The notes: generated by a model not told the origin, from the sequence alone. Positions 34,382 through 43,254 are shown, counted from the stretch's first letter. The stretch is DNA of 54,770 bases from a virus (IMGVR_UViG_3300021411_000001:1-54770), one strand, 5' to 3'. Translations and numbers: made by a program.

Positions 34382-34412
34382 CCGCCAAGGCGGAAGAATC
34401 ACGTGCTACAAT
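34382..34412 (+). promoter_or_regulatory. Extended -10 promoter with CCGCCAAGGCGG palindrome
   Basis: TGcTACAAT at 34404..34412. Confidence 0.45.
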
Positions 34413-34458
34413 AGCCTCGGAGGCCCAGAAGAATATGGAAATACCAGTAACGAGGATA

Positions 34459-34920
34459 ATGGCGGACGAACATTTCATGGTCGGTCCGACCGAATACAAG
34501 ATGCTCTACCACAACAGCAGCCGAGCATACGTGCAGATAATGTCCAAGCGCTCGGTGCAGATCAAGGCGACTGATGAGCACGAGGGCACTAGCTTCGATG
34601 CGCCGGGTGGGAAGGTCAACATAAGCTGTGGGACTTTAGTCATTCGCGTTGAGACCCCGCAACATGCGAGAGTGAGTCCATCGGACATGGCAAAGGTGAA
34701 GGCGTGCCCCGACAGCGCAGCGAAGTTGCCCCCAGTGAACCCTGAGACTAAGGTCGGGCAGATCATGAACTACGCCCTAGGCAAGACCGTGTCTATGGCG
34801 AAGCTGATGGAGAAGTTCGGGGTGACACGCGGCTGTGCCCTGTCCCACTTGGCAAGGCTCAGGACAGTGCATGGCTTCACATACACAGTGAGCGGTGATG
34901 AAGTAACGTTGGATTTATAA
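34459..34920 (+). CDS. Protein with C-terminal winged-HTH-like domain
   Basis: SMAKLMEKFGVTRGCALSHLARLR..HGFTY; GAGG RBS. Confidence 0.55.
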   Translation: MADEHFMVGPTEYKMLYHNSSRAYVQIMSKRSVQIKATDEHEGTSFDAPGGKVNISCGTLVIRVETPQHARVSPSDMAKVKACPDSAAKLPPVNPETKVGQIMNYALGKTVSMAKLMEKFGVTRGCALSHLARLRTVHGFTYTVSGDEVTLDL

Positions 34921-34930
34921 GGAGGACTAG

Positions 34931-35605
34931 ATGTTCGAGAAGATGGGAGAACAGGTAAAGGCTTTCAAGGAGAAGATCATCGGTATAAAACTGCCGACAG
35001 AGATCGGGCTGAAGGACGCCGATCGGGCGATGTTCATTGCCAACCACAATGCAGAGGAGATCGATGAGCTTAAGCAGGCGATCCGCGAGGGCGACATCGA
35101 AGAAGTTGTCGATGCTCATATCGATAACATCTACATTTCAATCGGCGCATTGCTTGAGCTTGGTGCCCTGCCACGCTTGCACTTCGACGAAGTGCACTTG
35201 AAGAATATGATGAGGGTGCGCGGGACCAAATCGACGCGGCCGGACTCCGGCGGCTTTGACGCCATTAAACCCGAAGGATGGACGCCGCCGGACCACATGG
35301 CGATCCTTGAGGAAATGGAAGTGAGGATGAAGGTGTGTGACTCCTTCATGCGGGCGACTAAGCTGAAGATCGAGCGTGGCAAGGACTACAATGCCGGCGG
35401 GGTCACACTGCAGGAGCACTTCCCGCTTGGCCTCGCGAGCTACTTCCAGATGTGCTGGACCAAGGCGGTTCGGTTCAAGGCGTTGATGCTCGACGGCCGC
35501 AAGGCCACTGACAGAGCACTGAAGGACTCGGTGCTCGACAACCTGAACTACTTCGCCTTCGCGGAGCAGTTCATACACGATGAAGAACAGAAGGAGAAGA
35601 TATGA
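34931..35605 (+). CDS. MazG-like NTP pyrophosphatase fused to a Nmad1/DUF1599-like domain
   Basis: EEIDEL...EEVVDAHID..Y, EVHLKNM, KPEGWTPPD; second domain RGKDYN..FPLG..K..R..DSVLDNLNY. Confidence 0.75.
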   Translation: MFEKMGEQVKAFKEKIIGIKLPTEIGLKDADRAMFIANHNAEEIDELKQAIREGDIEEVVDAHIDNIYISIGALLELGALPRLHFDEVHLKNMMRVRGTKSTRPDSGGFDAIKPEGWTPPDHMAILEEMEVRMKVCDSFMRATKLKIERGKDYNAGGVTLQEHFPLGLASYFQMCWTKAVRFKALMLDGRKATDRALKDSVLDNLNYFAFAEQFIHDEEQKEKI

Positions 35606-36459
35606 AGCAGTTCGCGTACACCTACCGGGCGCTGCTGCGTGTCCTGTTGAGTGACGGGGTCGAGGAGAAGAACGAGCGGACTGGAGCGGCCATCAAGATA
35701 CTGGAAGGTGGCGGATCGTTCCAACTCGACCTGTCCGATGGTTACCTGCCGACTTGCGGACTGCGGAAGACCTGGCCTCACGTTGCGGCTGCTGAGCTGG
35801 TCTGGTGCTTGCGGGGTGATGACCATATCGACTGGTTGAGGAAGCACACGAAAGTGTGGGACCAGTTCGCTGACAAGTACTACCCACTGGATGAGCACCA
35901 AGGACCGAATTACTTGCTTGATGCAGCCTACGGATACCGATGGCGGCACAAGTTCGAACGCGACCAGCTGGCCCTTGCCGTCGAGGCATTGCAGAAGAAC
36001 CCGACGGACCGCAGGATATGGATCAGCTCGTGGGATCCGGCCGTAGACGGTCTCGGCGCGCCGGACCAAAAGACAGTACCCTGCCCAGTTGGCTTTACGT
36101 TCTCGATCGTGTCCGGCAAGCTGCACAGCACATTCGTGCTCCGGTCGAGCGATGTGTTCATGGGGTTGCCCCACGATGTGATGCGGCACGCCCTGCTGAT
36201 GGCATCCGTTGCAGCCGACCTCAAGGTCTGGCTCGGAACGATGCAGGTGACACTGGCCCACCCGCACTTGTACGACAAGCACTGGGACTTGGCCAGGAAG
36301 TGCCTCGACGAAGTCATGGTTTGTCCGCCGATCATACTGCCGAAGTACACCGCATGCGAGATCCTGACAATGGAGGATGTGTACGTGACAGAGATGAAGG
36401 AGACGGCCGCTGCTCTGGCATGGCCGACTTACAGTCCGAAGGTTGAAGTGATCGCATAA
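35602..36459 (+). CDS. Thymidylate-synthase-family pyrimidine (hydroxy)methylase, Asp-type
   Basis: NERTG, AELVW, AYGYRWR, DQL, PTDRR, catalytic VPC, RSSDVFMGLPHD, HLYD.H. Confidence 0.88.
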   Translation: MKQFAYTYRALLRVLLSDGVEEKNERTGAAIKILEGGGSFQLDLSDGYLPTCGLRKTWPHVAAAELVWCLRGDDHIDWLRKHTKVWDQFADKYYPLDEHQGPNYLLDAAYGYRWRHKFERDQLALAVEALQKNPTDRRIWISSWDPAVDGLGAPDQKTVPCPVGFTFSIVSGKLHSTFVLRSSDVFMGLPHDVMRHALLMASVAADLKVWLGTMQVTLAHPHLYDKHWDLARKCLDEVMVCPPIILPKYTACEILTMEDVYVTEMKETAAALAWPTYSPKVEVIA

Positions 36460-36473
36460 CTAGGAGGAAGAAA

Positions 36474-36908
36474 ATGAAATTAGCTTACGCACTTGCACTG
36501 ATGATGATACTGGTGGCCGTTGTGCTGGTAACTGGCCAGACGATGCCCGGACCGATTCCCAATAACATAGGCCTGCCGTTCCCGATAACGACGGACCAGG
36601 TCGACCCGATCATCGAGTCGGTGAAGTGGAAGACCAATGACCTGGCAACCGCTATGCCGGCGATGGGTACAGTCAACGTGTGGACGTTCGACGTAAAGGC
36701 CAGTGACAATCTGGGCGTCGGATCTGCGCTACTCTATGTGGATGGGCAGCCAGTTGGATGGCAAGGGTCCGGCGGCAAGTACTTGCCGGCCACCTTCAAG
36801 ATCCAGTATACTGACACTGGCATTGCATCGGGACAGCACGCATTCAAGCTGTACGTGTATGACCGAGTAGGTCGACACGACACATTCGACTGGAGCATGA
36901 CCAAATGA
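36474..36908 (+). CDS. Secreted Ig-like domain protein
   Basis: MKLAYALALMMILVAVVLVTG|QT; ASDNLGV...LYVDGQPVG...GQHAFKLYVYD. Confidence 0.7.
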   Translation: MKLAYALALMMILVAVVLVTGQTMPGPIPNNIGLPFPITTDQVDPIIESVKWKTNDLATAMPAMGTVNVWTFDVKASDNLGVGSALLYVDGQPVGWQGSGGKYLPATFKIQYTDTGIASGQHAFKLYVYDRVGRHDTFDWSMTK

Positions 36909-37327
36909 AGACCAAGGAGACATCGCTTTGGGGATGGCTCCGTCGTGGCTTCGAGGCCTTCGGGCTTCGGAGCCACGTCAACCGTATCGAGAACAGTGCC
37001 GGCATTGGAACGCCGGACGTGGAGGGCTGCATCAGCGGCTCTCAGTTCTGGATCGAACTGAAGGTGGCGGAGGTCCGCGCGAACCTGCGCATGGCTGTCG
37101 ACATTACGACTGACCAGGCGATGTGGCTCCGCGCTCGGCGCAGTGTCGGGGGCCGGTCATTCCTGCTCATCCGCTTCGGCAAGTACCACTTCCTGCTTCT
37201 AGGCAATGATCCAATAATTCCGCAACTCATCGGTGGTCACTCTGTCCTCATATCTGAGGTCCGCCGTGGATCGCTGACTCCATTCGACGCGAAGGCAGTC
37301 GACGTCGTGAACTACCTTTCCTACTAG
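36905..37327 (+). CDS. VRR-NUC / PD-(D/E)xK nuclease (resolvase-like)
   Basis: ETSLW, RIEN..G.PDVEG, WIELK, Q..WL. Confidence 0.8.
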   Translation: MKTKETSLWGWLRRGFEAFGLRSHVNRIENSAGIGTPDVEGCISGSQFWIELKVAEVRANLRMAVDITTDQAMWLRARRSVGGRSFLLIRFGKYHFLLLGNDPIIPQLIGGHSVLISEVRRGSLTPFDAKAVDVVNYLSY

Positions 37328-37432
37328 CTTTCTAGTACTAGCCCCGAAAACAAAATCGCCATGGCTGCATTTTTATGTGTACAAGCACTGGACGCCAGCG
37401 TACAATATCCCTAGTTGAGCGCTGGGAGGACA
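37321..37432 (+). promoter_or_regulatory. Early promoter cassette, copy 1 (112-bp direct repeat with 42781..42892)
   Basis: A-tract, GCCATGGC, TGTACA-N17-TACAAT, leader ccctagttgagcgct, GGGAGG RBS. Confidence 0.8.
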
Positions 37433-37438
37433 GAGACA

Positions 37439-37609
37439 ATGAACATGTACACACAGGAAATTATGGCACTCTTAAAGATTGACGCTGAGACGGCAATGAA
37501 GGTTCAGGACAACATGATGGTGGACTTCAGCGAGTGCAGCACACGAGCATTCAACAAGGATGCCAAGGAGACCTACGCTGCTCTCAAGGCGACCGGCAAG
37601 ATCAAGTAA
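37439..37609 (+). CDS. Small early protein
   Basis: ATG after the repeat RBS; MNMYTQEIMALLKID...DFSECS. Confidence 0.65.
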   Translation: MNMYTQEIMALLKIDAETAMKVQDNMMVDFSECSTRAFNKDAKETYAALKATGKIK

Positions 37610-37793
37610 GGAGGGATAATGATACGGCATAAGGACAATCGCGACCTCATGACTATGGAGCGAGTGGACGTAGAGACGATAAGAATGCTGCGGCATAAGA
37701 TCAAGCAGCTCGAACAGCAAGTTGAATTCCAAAAGATCGACAGACGACGAATGGTGCAGGTTATCGAACGACTCGAAGGAAAGGTGAACTAAC

Positions 37794-38873
37794 ATGGCTG
37801 AAACGATCAAGGACTTCATTCTTAACTATACGGAGAAGCATCCGAACGCCACTGCGGAGCAGATCTTGCCGCATGTGCAGCGGCACTTCAAGGGATGCAG
37901 CACCACGGTCGCCTCGGTGGCAAGCACACTGTCGAGGGCACGAACGGACGCCGGCAAGAAGGATGAACTGCCGACAGTGCGGCATGAGTCGCTTCCCGAC
38001 CACAACCCCGAAGAGGACACAGAGACAGAAGACGAGGCGCGCAAGCGGATCTCAGTGCGCTACGATGCAATGGCTCGTATGTCCCGCAGGCTCATCTCTG
38101 GAATGATCCCTTCGCTCATCATCAGCGGCCCGCCGGGCATTGGCAAGTCACACACTGTTCATGAGGCAATCGTCGAGAGTGGCCGCCAGCGGCACGACGG
38201 CTTCACGGATGTCAACGGCGGCGGGAAGTTCGGCGCCTTCAATGAGGAAACCGGCGAACGCGAGGAGACACCCGGCTGGTACGATCAGATCAGCGGTTCC
38301 ATCACGGCTGTTGGCCTCTACCATGCACTGTGGAATATGCGGAACGGTGGCGTGCTGGTCCTTGATGACTGCGACGATGTATTCCGCGACGAGACTGCGC
38401 TCAACCTGCTGAAGATCGCCACGGACTCCACCAAGGAGCGGTTGGTGTCATGGAGGAAGAATGCAGCATGGCTCGATGAGTATGAGATCGACAAGACCTT
38501 CGACTTCCAAGGGCACATCATCTTCCTCACTAACATCGACTTCGAGGATGTGGTCGAGCGCGGCCACAAGGATGCCGACCACTTTAAGGCGATCATCGAT
38601 CGTGCCTTCTATCTCTGCCTCACGCTGCGCACCAAGCGGGACTTCATGATCCGCATCAATGATGTGAGCACCGGCAAGAATGGCATGCTCGCCAAGAGTC
38701 ACAACCTGAACGACAAGGATATCAAGGAGGTCCTCGAGTTTATCGCCGAGAATCAGAAGAAGTTCTACAACTTGAGTCTGCGCCTTGTCGGGCAGATCGC
38801 TATCAGCAAGAAGGCTGATCCTGACAGCTGGAAGGCGGACGTCGAGGCCACGAAGATGAGGACACGAGCATGA
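37794..38873 (+). CDS. AAA+-type P-loop ATPase, early region
   Basis: ISGPPGIGKS, VLVLDDCD, LNLLK, IIFLTN, AIIDR. Confidence 0.8.
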   Translation: MAETIKDFILNYTEKHPNATAEQILPHVQRHFKGCSTTVASVASTLSRARTDAGKKDELPTVRHESLPDHNPEEDTETEDEARKRISVRYDAMARMSRRLISGMIPSLIISGPPGIGKSHTVHEAIVESGRQRHDGFTDVNGGGKFGAFNEETGEREETPGWYDQISGSITAVGLYHALWNMRNGGVLVLDDCDDVFRDETALNLLKIATDSTKERLVSWRKNAAWLDEYEIDKTFDFQGHIIFLTNIDFEDVVERGHKDADHFKAIIDRAFYLCLTLRTKRDFMIRINDVSTGKNGMLAKSHNLNDKDIKEVLEFIAENQKKFYNLSLRLVGQIAISKKADPDSWKADVEATKMRTRA

Positions 38874-39526
38874 GGTGCAGATGCGGTACTTGTCAAACCC
38901 ACACGCACCTGGTCGGTGACCGAGTGATCTACAAATTTCAGAAGGAGGACAGAATGCTTTTTACAAATGAGGCCAAGAAGAGGGAGTGGATGGACAAGCA
39001 GACGGTCGAGCGACTGCAGGAGTCCGAGAAGAAGATCGCATCACTGCTGTCGCGATCCGATGAGGGGTCAAGCCAGTTCAACCGTGTAACAAGGGACCTA
39101 GCGCTAATCCGCAAGGTCATCAGCGAGCGCAGACGTGGCGAGTGGCGCAGCATACGGCAGATGCAGCCGGCGCATCGTGAGTACCTGTATGACGAGCTCA
39201 CCTACGCCACGGAGCGCCAGCTGATCGGCCGGCGTGACAACGGGTTGGAACTGGTTGAGAGCCTCGAGGCGAATGCGAACCTCGCGACCGCATGGCCACA
39301 GCATCATCATGCCCGCATTCGCTATGGCAAGGAGACGGTCATCCTGCTCATCGATGAGCTCGAGCGACGGCGACTCAAGGCACGGCTGCTGGCAATCCAT
39401 GAGAAGATCAAGTGCGGTTATGACTGCTTCGTGGCCGAGCGGAACATGCTGAGTGACGAGGAGAAGCAAGTGCGCGAGGAGCTCACTGCGCTCGGAACGG
39501 AGGTCTCGATCCATGGACGCGACTAA
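38870..39526 (+). CDS. Helical hypothetical protein (start may be 38954)
   Basis: Long ORF; GAAGGAGG precedes the internal MLFTNE. Confidence 0.6.
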   Translation: MRCRCGTCQTHTHLVGDRVIYKFQKEDRMLFTNEAKKREWMDKQTVERLQESEKKIASLLSRSDEGSSQFNRVTRDLALIRKVISERRRGEWRSIRQMQPAHREYLYDELTYATERQLIGRRDNGLELVESLEANANLATAWPQHHHARIRYGKETVILLIDELERRRLKARLLAIHEKIKCGYDCFVAERNMLSDEEKQVREELTALGTEVSIHGRD

Positions 39527-39703
39527 GTCGATCTTCGACCTTGAGGACGACATCAAGATGGAGCTCGGGTACATCGGCGAGTATGTCGAGTACAACATGG
39601 CAGCAAAGCGTCGGCAGGACGAGCTGGAGCAGCGGTGGCTGGACCGCGCACCCTGGGAGCAAAAGGGACAGTACCCGAGGGACTACGATACCCAGCGTTA
39701 CTA

Positions 39704-39750
39704 GCCATGGCCACTTTTACATGTACGAACGACCAACACAGGAATAGAAT
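39704..39750 (+). promoter_or_regulatory. Diverged third copy of the early promoter
   Basis: GCCATGGC..TTTT..TGTACG-N17-TAGAAT upstream of AAGGAGG-ATG at 39767. Confidence 0.55.
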
Positions 39751-39766
39751 AGACAAGGAGGACCCC

Positions 39767-40279
39767 ATGACAACGAAGCAACTAGTGGACCGGTTCAATG
39801 AGCTCTCCGCCAAGAAGATCAAGGCATGGAAGGGCAAGACAAGCGACTTGGCCGTCAAGGTCGCAGCACTCGAGCTCACAGCGAGCCCAGCAGGGCAGGC
39901 AGTCGACGCGTTGCTGGCGACCAGTGATGCAACAAAGGCCAAGGAACTCGTCAAGAAGATCCCCAAGCGCAAAGTGGTGAAGATTAAGCCGAAGGGCGGC
40001 AAGAAGCTCGGCATCGGTGCCGCGGCCTACGCGCTGCTCGGCGAGATCAAGCACCACGAGAACGACAAGGGCGAGAAGCTCAAGGTCGCCGCGGCAGGCT
40101 CCCACCCCGTCGGCTTCTCGTACTCGAACATCCTGAAGAGGATGCAAGCCAAGTTCCCCACGTCCGCCGTCGACCAGAAGCACCTGCGGTGGTACGCCAA
40201 CAAGATGCGGGAGCTGGACATCTTCGTCCCGGTCTACCGCGAGAAGTCCGACTGGGACCAGGAGGACCTCCATGGCTAG
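39767..40279 (+). CDS. Basic, probably DNA-binding early protein
   Basis: Lys-rich; C-terminal YSNILKRMQAKFP...LRWYANKMR helical motif. Confidence 0.6.
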   Translation: MTTKQLVDRFNELSAKKIKAWKGKTSDLAVKVAALELTASPAGQAVDALLATSDATKAKELVKKIPKRKVVKIKPKGGKKLGIGAAAYALLGEIKHHENDKGEKLKVAAAGSHPVGFSYSNILKRMQAKFPTSAVDQKHLRWYANKMRELDIFVPVYREKSDWDQEDLHG

Positions 40280-40472
40280 GATGAACTACTCGAGGGGAGG
40301 CGGCTTTAGTGCGCAACAGATGCCCCAAGCCATGGTGTCTCAAATCATCTGCGCCGATCGGGCGCAGATCCTGGCCGAGGCGAGGCAGGGCAAGTGTGCG
40401 GACTGCAGGACTAAGTTCGACACCAAGCACGGCCGCTACACGCTCTGCCCCAAGTGCAGGCCAGTACGGTAA
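40272..40472 (+). CDS. Small Zn-finger protein
   Basis: CADC...CPKC; AGGAGG RBS. Confidence 0.55.
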   Translation: MARMNYSRGGGFSAQQMPQAMVSQIICADRAQILAEARQGKCADCRTKFDTKHGRYTLCPKCRPVR

Positions 40473-40481
40473 GGAGGGAAC

Positions 40482-40751
40482 ATGATAGAGCACCTGCTAG
40501 TAGGTCGCTGGCCCGAGGGCGGCGAGGTAATGGAGGGGACAGGCAAGAGCAAGTTCCCGCAGATCCAGAAGTTCGTGGGCGGCTACGTGGAGATGCTGGT
40601 TATCAAGGTTGACGGCAAGCGTGCCCAACTCTGCATCAATGAGGAGGGCCTGCTGAGGAGGCTCCCTCCCAACCCGCGGGCATCCGCAATAGCCGGCAAG
40701 CTGATTGTCGGTAATGCGGTACTGCTAACCGGAAAGGACTTGCTGCGATGA
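40482..40751 (+). CDS. DUF3846-like protein
   Basis: QKFVGGYVE, INEEGLL..LPPNPRAS, IVGNAV. Confidence 0.7.
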   Translation: MIEHLLVGRWPEGGEVMEGTGKSKFPQIQKFVGGYVEMLVIKVDGKRAQLCINEEGLLRRLPPNPRASAIAGKLIVGNAVLLTGKDLLR

Positions 40752-41230
40752 GGTTATTCCTCGACATGGATGGGGTGCTGGCGGACTTCGACCAGCACCA
40801 CGAGGATATGCTCGGCTGGCGCTCGTCGAGGTACGACACGGCAGCTGGCGGTCGGGACCTCGACTGGGACAGGATCCGGGAGGTCCAGGGATTCTTCCTG
40901 AACATCCCGCCGATGAAGGACATGAATGTGCTGTGGGGTTTCGCTGAGCCGCGGGGCCCCATCGTACTGACGGGTATCCCAGGGGACAGCGTGCCCGAGG
41001 CTGCTGACAACAAGAGGCTGTGGGTCGCCAAGCACCTGGGGCCTAGCGTGCCAGTCATCTGCTGCAAGGCCAGTGAGAAGTACAGGCACTGCTTGCCGGG
41101 CGATGTCCTGGTCGACGACTGGGACAAGTACAGGGAACGGTGGCGGAATGCCGGCGGGACGTTCATCACGCATACCAGTGCAGTTGAGAGTGTCAGACAA
41201 CTCGAGAAGATAATGAGGAGGATACAGTGA
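40748..41230 (+). CDS. HAD-family 5'(3')-deoxyribonucleotidase-like protein
   Basis: LFLDMDGVLADF, VLTG, K..WV, LVDD, W..AGG..I.H. Confidence 0.85.
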   Translation: MRLFLDMDGVLADFDQHHEDMLGWRSSRYDTAAGGRDLDWDRIREVQGFFLNIPPMKDMNVLWGFAEPRGPIVLTGIPGDSVPEAADNKRLWVAKHLGPSVPVICCKASEKYRHCLPGDVLVDDWDKYRERWRNAGGTFITHTSAVESVRQLEKIMRRIQ

Positions 41231-41427
41231 AGAGACCATTGAAGATCGTGTCGGTGTCGGCGACGATCGCGACAGCGGATGGGATGACTATCAAGCACAC
41301 GGCGGCTGTCGATGAGCTCGGCCAGGCCTGGGAGTTGAAGGGCGCAGAGCGGGGCGGCGGACAGAAGTGGAGCAAGCTGCCGGTATTGCCCGAGACAGTG
41401 GAAGACGATGCAGGAGGCCTTGTATGA
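41227..41427 (+). CDS. Small hypothetical protein
   Basis: GTGA coupling; GAGGAGG RBS. Confidence 0.5.
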   Translation: MKRPLKIVSVSATIATADGMTIKHTAAVDELGQAWELKGAERGGGQKWSKLPVLPETVEDDAGGLV

Positions 41428-41754
41428 AGAAATTTCTTAAGAGTCTCGCCATTGCTCTTGTCAGCGCAGTCCTGGGGTTTGTCATCCTAGTCCTGCTGAT
41501 GGTCGCAACGGCCCAGGTCATGGTGTGGATCCAGGCGGTGATACCTTGAGCCCATTAGAGAAGCAGATGTTCAAGGCCCTTGAAGGCTTGCTTGGGATGT
41601 CCGGACTGCCAGGCACCACGAACTGCCCCGACAAAGACTGCCTGGTCTGTCCGCGGCAGCGGAAGGCCGTGGCTGATGCGAACGAGGTAGTGATTGCCTA
41701 CAAACTCGCCCTGCTCGAGAAGACCAGGGCCCACATGGAAAGGACGAAACAGAA

Positions 41755-42717
41755 ATGAAAATCGCGTACGTCAAGCGCCGGTTCCACCCGCCGTCGCTGG
41801 CAATCATAGCAGCCGCGAATGGGATCATCGAGTCGTACCAGAAGCAGGGCTATACGATGACGCTCAGGCAGATCTACTACCGCTTCATAGCGGCTGATCT
41901 GTTCCCACGGTCATGGGTGGATGACGAATACAACAAGAAGTTCGGCCATGCGCCGGGCACCAAGAACACGATGAAGAACTACAAGCGCCTCGGCGAGCTG
42001 CTGAACGATGCACGACTCGCTGGCCTGGTTGACTGGGACGCCATGGAGGACCGCACTAGGAACCTGATGGGCGCTTCGCACTTCGCCGACCCGCAGCACG
42101 CAGTGGAGGCTGCTGCACGGCAGTACCTGACCGACAAGTGGGAGGGCCAGCCCAGGCGCGTCGAGGTGTGGATAGAGAAGGATGCACTGCTTGGCGTGTT
42201 CGAGCGTGCCTGCCTCAATCGTGACATCGATGTCCCATACTTCAGCTGCCGTGGCTACAACTCTCAGTCTGAGATGTGGGGAGCGGCGCAGCGGATCCTG
42301 TGGTACAAGGAGAGGTATGGACAGGATACAACGATCCTGCAGTTTAGCGACCACGACCCATCGGGCATTGACATGGAGCGGGACATCCGAGAGCGGCTTG
42401 AGATGTTCCTCTGTCCAGTGACTGTCCGGCGCATGGCGCTGACGATCGCGCAGGTGAGGAAGTTCAATCCACCCCCGAATCCCGCTCGCGAGACCGATGC
42501 GCGGTATGCCGACTACAAGCGGAAGTTCGGGGATGACTCCTGGGAGCTCGATGCGCTCGACCCAGTCACACTCGACAAGCTGATCCGCGATGCAGTGCTC
42601 AAGGACTACCGGGACCATGGAGCCTGGGCCAAGGCGCTGAAGGCCGAGGCGCGAGACAAGACCCTGCTCGCGAAGGTCGCGAAACGATGGGATAAGGTGA
42701 AGCGCGCAGTACGGTAG
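41755..42717 (+). CDS. Topo VI-A/Spo11-like TOPRIM protein
   Basis: TLRQIYYR, EVWIEKDAL, DHDPSGIDM, WELDAL. Confidence 0.75.
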   Translation: MKIAYVKRRFHPPSLAIIAAANGIIESYQKQGYTMTLRQIYYRFIAADLFPRSWVDDEYNKKFGHAPGTKNTMKNYKRLGELLNDARLAGLVDWDAMEDRTRNLMGASHFADPQHAVEAAARQYLTDKWEGQPRRVEVWIEKDALLGVFERACLNRDIDVPYFSCRGYNSQSEMWGAAQRILWYKERYGQDTTILQFSDHDPSGIDMERDIRERLEMFLCPVTVRRMALTIAQVRKFNPPPNPARETDARYADYKRKFGDDSWELDALDPVTLDKLIRDAVLKDYRDHGAWAKALKAEARDKTLLAKVAKRWDKVKRAVR

Positions 42718-42751
42718 CATGTAGATGTTGTTCATCTGATCCTCCTTGACT

Positions 42752-42781
42752 AGGGGCCCGCCGATGGGGCCCCTTCTTTTC
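42752..42781 (+). terminator. Rho-independent terminator
   Basis: AGGGGCCC-N7-GGGCCCCT followed by TCTTTT. Confidence 0.75.
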
Positions 42782-42892
42782 TACTAGATCCCTAGTACTA
42801 ACCCCGAAAACAAAATCGCCATGGCTACATTTTCTTGTGTACATCCTCCCAGTGCCGCAGTACAATATCCCTAGTTGAGCGCTGGGAGGACA
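42781..42892 (+). promoter_or_regulatory. Early promoter cassette, copy 2
   Basis: Near-identical to 37321..37432, differing mainly in the -35/-10 spacer. Confidence 0.8.
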
Positions 42893-42897
42893 AGAAG

Positions 42898-43254
42898 ATG
42901 AAGATGTTAGTATTTCGAAACGCAGTTCAAGTCGCCCTGTTTACCGAGTTGGATGGCCAGTTAAGTGATGGAATGTGGGAGAACACCCGGCCATACGACC
43001 ATTACAAGCCCTGGTGTGAAGCCGAGACGACCACCACCGACCAGTATGCCCTGAAGAACGACGGCAGCAAAGTCCTCGGACGGAACTTCTGGGCCCCGAA
43101 GGACAACTACAACTTCAACTCTTCATTCCTGCTCGAATGCGTCGGCGACCGTATGCTGAAACTTTGCCGCGATGTTGCCGGCCAGAACTTCACCATGGCA
43201 ATGATGCGCACAGAACTTAAGGACATGATGAAGATAGTGAGGATGTCATGGTAG
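42898..43254 (+). CDS. Early hypothetical protein
   Basis: ATG after the repeat RBS; ELDGQLSDGMWENTRP. Confidence 0.7.
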   Translation: MKMLVFRNAVQVALFTELDGQLSDGMWENTRPYDHYKPWCEAETTTTDQYALKNDGSKVLGRNFWAPKDNYNFNSSFLLECVGDRMLKLCRDVAGQNFTMAMMRTELKDMMKIVRMSW

